Source: a virus (Duplodnaviria > Caudoviricetes). Taken from it: a stretch of 28,833 nt of DNA. Within the stretch, counting starts at the first letter, position 1; the number at the start of each line of letters is the position of its first letter. Positions 27,401 through 28,833 of the stretch are shown here, piece after piece. The notes beneath the pieces are model-generated. The model was not told the DNA's origin. It was given only the letters and a program-made list of their open reading frames with translations, and ran no database searches. The DNA lies in the IMG/VR virus record IMGVR_UViG_3300044723_008107, positions 1 to 28,833 of that record; one strand, written 5' to 3'. Made by a program: the position numbers and the translations under genes.

Positions 27401-28833
27401 TGGTGGGATCTAAGCACAGTTCGTTTTACTGATTACCATCAAGATGATGTTGCGTACAAGGCAAAAAGATGGGGACAACTATTCCCTGGTAGCAGTGTAG
27501 ATATGTATCAGTGGATAAGCAGTAGTGTTACCCCTGCTAATTATACTGGTCCTGGAACAGTGTATAACATTAATAGTTATACTGTAACCAGCGCATTAGA
27601 TGCTAATGGAGTGTTTGTAACCACGTACTATTTTTGGGCGAAGGATCTCGAAACTGTTGCCACTGATCAAGGTAAAACATTGAGTTCTCTGGCAATGTCA
27701 CAATATGTGGAAAACCCACGTAGCAGCGGCATTCCTTACATTGCTCCTTTATCACCAAGTACTGTAGCGTTGTTTAACAGTAAAGAGTTAATCAGTGCCA
27801 CTGATACTATTTTACACATTGAATTTGATAAAGAACGAAACAACGATAACGTCCATATTGAATACGATTTAATTGCTGCAAATAATCCAGATAGTTTTAT
27901 TGGCGCAAGTACATTCAGAAAATTACTTGATAGTTTCAGCGGAGACGATACTTTGGGTAATTTAGTACCAGATGTAACCTTAGGAGTTGCTGATAGATAC
28001 GGTATTAATTTTAGACCAAGACAAAGTATGTTTGTTGATCGATTTAAAGCACTGGAAAATTATTTAACCAGAGCAAACACTTACATGGCCAGATATCCAA
28101 TTGTCGAAATGAAAATTTTTGACACATTAAAAAGCGAAGAGCCAGAACCAAATAGTGTAAGTGGACAGTGGAACAAACGTTTGAACACCTATGCAGAACT
28201 TACATATCAAAATCTCAATGAGGTTGCCACTGGCTACAAATACCTTGTAGCAAATGATGAAACACAAGGCGGTCTTTGGACAATCTATCAATTGCAAGCC
28301 GACAAATCTTTAATGTTGTTTAGATTACAAAACTATAACACAAACAACTATTGGACTTACACAGACTGGATAAAAACTGGTTACAACACAGCAATTCGTC
28401 CTGTGAATGAAGTTGCTACATATAGTGATCTATTATTACTAACAGTTAGTGAAGGTAGTAGTGTTAAAGTAACAACAAATAGTTATGGAAAGTCAGAAAT
28501 TTACCAATATACCAATGGTGAATGGATAAGAGTCTTTGCTGAAGATGCAACTATTGCAATCAACAATACCATATGGGATTACAGTATTGGAAGATTTGGG
28601 TTTGATGTTGAAGTTTTTGATACTCAACGATTTGATCAATATCCGAGTATCGAAACCAGACAAATAACTAAATCTCTCAATGAGGAAATCTTCACTGGCG
28701 AATTAGCACTTCATCGTAGTGAGTTGTTGATGTTAGTGTTTGAGTACATAATGAGCGAGCAAAGTGCTCCAGATTGGTTGTTTAAAACAAGTCTAGTAGA
28801 TGTCAGACATAAAATTCGAGATCTAACAACTTA
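18413..28833 (+). CDS. Giant (>3470 aa) virion structural protein, gp7-like baseplate wedge position, multi-domain; 3' end runs off the window
   Basis: ATG at 18413 after GGAG: MANNIRSIDFLPEIFRTKANEQLLSATLDQL...NYQLEP...YSWDPFVDFDKYINFSQYYWLPEGP. The same frame still reads as protein at the window end (DWLFKTSLVDVRHKIRDL). The ORF track lists no terminated ORF in this frame, which implies it is open to the edge (3473 full codons). I spot-checked the frame at many points but not every codon. Confidence 0.88.
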   Translation, partial: MANNIRSIDFLPEIFRTKANEQLLSATLDQLVQEPKLTQTQGFIGRRVGAGVDPNSTYIPELTASRNNYQLEPAVTFLKPNTKTVEGALTYPGYIDRLQNEGANVNRYDRLFNSEFYSWDPFVDFDKYINFSQYYWLPEGPDPVDVFATDIPVTDDFTVTRTSKTLTFSGEPGNLPTITLARQGNYTFEVNQPGNPFWIQAEPGADGTLSFNDRSSRDVLGVTNNGDDQGTITFNVPTKTAQDFFINLVQDGNVDLVTGLQLDDINGQRLSTFLSLYSNIDGITDLRNRTLVFLAQADGLEGGWTLDGSTEITSDATKYAVWRINYSSDADPILSLTVVREVDNLKKLFVNYGTVYGDSYIYKDANGYYQQVPLITANLDVLYYQDVTNPDLFGLIRLVDTPTNVALNINDILGKTKYTSPNGVVLTNGLKVQFEGPTVPANYSTNTYYVEGVGDAIVLLPVDDFYTPEAYTVSTTVPFDSAGFDTGGFEASLNAPTQLDYLTINRASIDGNPWTRSNRWFHVDVINATASYNKTVAVLNQDNRAKRPILEFKAGLRLYNYGTESIAPVDVIDTIETDAFSNVNGSIGYSTDGYTLAQDSRIIFAADLDPAVRNKVYVVNFVTIDDSSDPIIDLQPADISLAGALLDQTVTVLSGITNQGKTYRFDGNSWTLGQQKTAVNQAPLFDIFDANEYSLSNTTIYPGTNFVGSKLYSYARGTGVPDAIIGQPLKYLSINNVGDIVFDNNFYADSFVYVDNTTSVTSNISIGHTKCYTTRTSNTNQLGWQTAHTETTSRQMFTFTYNNLPLVLDVKVNETSDTVPVKIWINDVFALPSTYSYITNAQGFTEITFNTSPASGAKIEVSVVSTTASLVAYYTVATNIENNAININNASFTLGTARQHYNSICENLEDFSGKINGANNIRDLGNVVPYGTNIIQNSSPLTFAGTFLYEEQFNFFDAVSWSGVEYEKYKNLMLNAVANADWSGYTTSAILDEVIESLSLGKNESSPFYWTDTLPSGKTYDETVYTYSTLSSNVFDTLYTYDFTSANYQGILVYLNDVILSGDGHDYTVATDGPRITINTDKITLAIGDKIKIREYTSTYGSFVPSTPSILGLALVFEPETFLDNTYVTPTNVIQGHDGSITVAFGDVRDDVLLEFEKRIYSNIKTKNRYSANIEPSDIIPGQFRTTDYSLIEVNQILAESFLQWAGTNKIDYKSQTYESGNAFTYNYSRSQNKLDGSTLAGGWRAIYFNLYDTDSPHTRPWEMVGLTEEPSWWEDQYGAAPYTSGNLVLWRDMRDGKIADPVNGTTVVEKYKRPQLLEIIPVDSEGNLLPPLEVIVGSYDQNSFQKSWVFGDQGPQETAWRRSSQYRFALQRLFALTQPAKYFALNVDVDDYAYNTSYSQYLYNLRYRIDTNNLVVYGNGTSKHSYINFIVDYNQILGLDSSNNIKTTLDNINIQLVYRMAGYSDKKYLKIFSEKSTPDSLNSSLLLPDESYQLVLYKNPTFDTIEYSSVIVQRTTGGYTVQGYNVDRPYFKIFQSQANGNFQTIRANNVEARVPIDFSTTVVNVPYGYEFTTINGVVDFLVSYGQYLQSQGVVFDSVENNVVLDWIQISREFVYWTSQGWQAGSIINLNPNADKLVIETQYSTIDSLLKNPVLDQNRKVLSPANYVTFRSSNRLEVTSLQNQSFCYLNAGVVSYEHMIVFDNVSIFNDLIYQPGTGLRQNRLLLDGYKTYDWDGSLNAEGFILNQDNVKEWVPNQSYSKGEIVLYKDSYWSAGKLLAPTANFEYSNWIKSDYNLISKGLLPNAATKASLINNYYDTKTANLEQDADQLAFGLIGFRPRQYMQNLNLDDISQVNLYQQFIGTKGTTQAAEIFTQANLNKEVAEYEIFENWAVQRAVYGANANRSYYELELDESNLLSNPSTLEVVEPQEESTADQQVLVKDIYKQSYNITSNDILPVLTQNQPDVELPSAGYVNYDSVDIKVFDFNNLLPVLNNLPNVLVGTSIWVAKDNDYDWNVYTNSLVVHELTQVRDNLNGTSTFTFNGNHGLLQNQYIVVRYFNGAVNGAYQVVNVPSLKTITVNLSLPAATASITGVGIVFVLESVRVAQSSDIENLGFVNSLLTGRQVWSDDDGTGNWAAYKKIAPFTEFQSLESSTDVINNLYGSSVTQGLLNQGLAVGAIGYNGTGAVYTYNKTETDGYAEKTIFSPGTTSTVNFGHSIDSGNTEWIVSGANLSDSSRGYAFAIYRDENNGDYFLNQCLIESALSTGSEFGYDVAISADERWMYVSALGDDKVYCYNKTTLQDQQLEFTGNGSDNSYDTSDVIVVDDDSSDGGIGSQQIIVTLNGIPQTLGTDYAFSNGTVAFTSPPNEGDAIKILRVSSKSYYPTVSTTTFSVEDIYPISDIYSFSVVVNDVLQRPFLDYTFNSSTKVVTFTSGQTGSVIFSARDHWKLVTSIAISSDDSASLTTFGYSIDTTTDGRQLIIGSPYTSAGDEINGAGKVFLYDRSVERFIVTDTSDKVFTTLRTPVGQVTVKLNNRFLQPTPYNNNGQYTVAGNVVTLDASISLTVGDLVEIETNTFNLMQTIESNNIDVDINFGAEVAQCPTNCSLYIGKPNDSVLAPQNGAVERWINQNRLYGLITNTNASPILHPGDTIRINNYDVAVVNPDTWTSGRTWTSGEFARDGDTIWLALQNVPIGTALSDSDYWQRSNWAQSFANDINDADISNVTATYANGKITLSLVNTQAGNEFIKLLVLPGIGGAWTSLGFKPMVYAQTINSPIPFDYGHFGKTISVADNSLALAIGAPESATYLPTVFDNNATTFDAASLTMIDAVYSGGVVYTYDFLSSANANAQNPGKFVLGQQIFDKTITQLDKFGSAISLSDGKLFVGAPKDDLDDSVGDYGKVVQYNNLNQASSWSVEYAQQPIVDVQLLNGIFTYNKRSSAITSNLDFIDPIKGKILGAVRQNVDFLTVTDPAMYNTGTVNNTGTYWDSEHLGKIWWDLSTVRFTDYHQDDVAYKAKRWGQLFPGSSVDMYQWISSSVTPANYTGPGTVYNINSYTVTSALDANGVFVTTYYFWAKDLETVATDQGKTLSSLAMSQYVENPRSSGIPYIAPLSPSTVALFNSKELISATDTILHIEFDKERNNDNVHIEYDLIAANNPDSFIGASTFRKLLDSFSGDDTLGNLVPDVTLGVADRYGINFRPRQSMFVDRFKALENYLTRANTYMARYPIVEMKIFDTLKSEEPEPNSVSGQWNKRLNTYAELTYQNLNEVATGYKYLVANDETQGGLWTIYQLQADKSLMLFRLQNYNTNNYWTYTDWIKTGYNTAIRPVNEVATYSDLLLLTVSEGSSVKVTTNSYGKSEIYQYTNGEWIRVFAEDATIAINNTIWDYSIGRFGFDVEVFDTQRFDQYPSIETRQITKSLNEEIFTGELALHRSELLMLVFEYIMSEQSAPDWLFKTSLVDVRHKIRDLTT
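24893..27130 (+). repeat. Seven FG-GAP-like repeats (beta-propeller) within the giant protein
   Basis: Blades start at 24893 LYGSSV..AVGA, 25052 NFGHSI..VSGA, 25217 EFGYDV..VSA, 25808 TFGYSI..IIGSP, 26189 NFGAEV..YIGKP, 26762 HFGKTI..AIGAP and 27026 KFGSAI..FVGAP. Most are followed by a G(A/K)V(Y/F)-type strand. Confidence 0.8.

Noticed and set aside
1-28833. tRNA, rRNA, CRISPR array, intron/intein or intrinsic terminator
   Set aside because: The window is almost fully coding with gaps of at most about 105 nt. I saw no cloverleaf, spaced repeats, intein termini or GC hairpin with a U-tract, though a covariance-model scan was not possible.

Overview
A 28.8-kb fragment of a large T4-related (probably jumbo) myophage genome in standard genetic code, with two divergent blocks. 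The left block (- strand, 7373->1) encodes a gp55-like late sigma factor, the gp47 (Mre11/SbcD) and gp46 (Rad50/SbcC) recombination nuclease subunits, and a small GIY-YIG nuclease. Between and beside gp47/gp46 lie four accessory genes: two ORFs that look like halves of a GT10-like/GT-B glycosyltransferase, a pentein-fold amidinotransferase, and a possible sulfotransferase-like protein. The right block (+ strand, 7479->end) is a contractile-tail baseplate operon: tube initiator, gp53-like, hub-like, gp5/VgrG-like spike, gp25, gp6, and a >3470-aa structural protein that runs off the window and is missing from the ORF track. Three observations stand out. First, a putative guanidino-sugar modification cassette splits the gp47-gp46 pair. 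Second, an ungapped 44-aa module (24/44 identical) is shared by the C-termini of the hub and spike proteins. Third, the giant protein carries a 7-blade FG-GAP propeller with inserted beta-sandwich and CBM-like domains. All family calls come from motifs read by eye; no searches were run.
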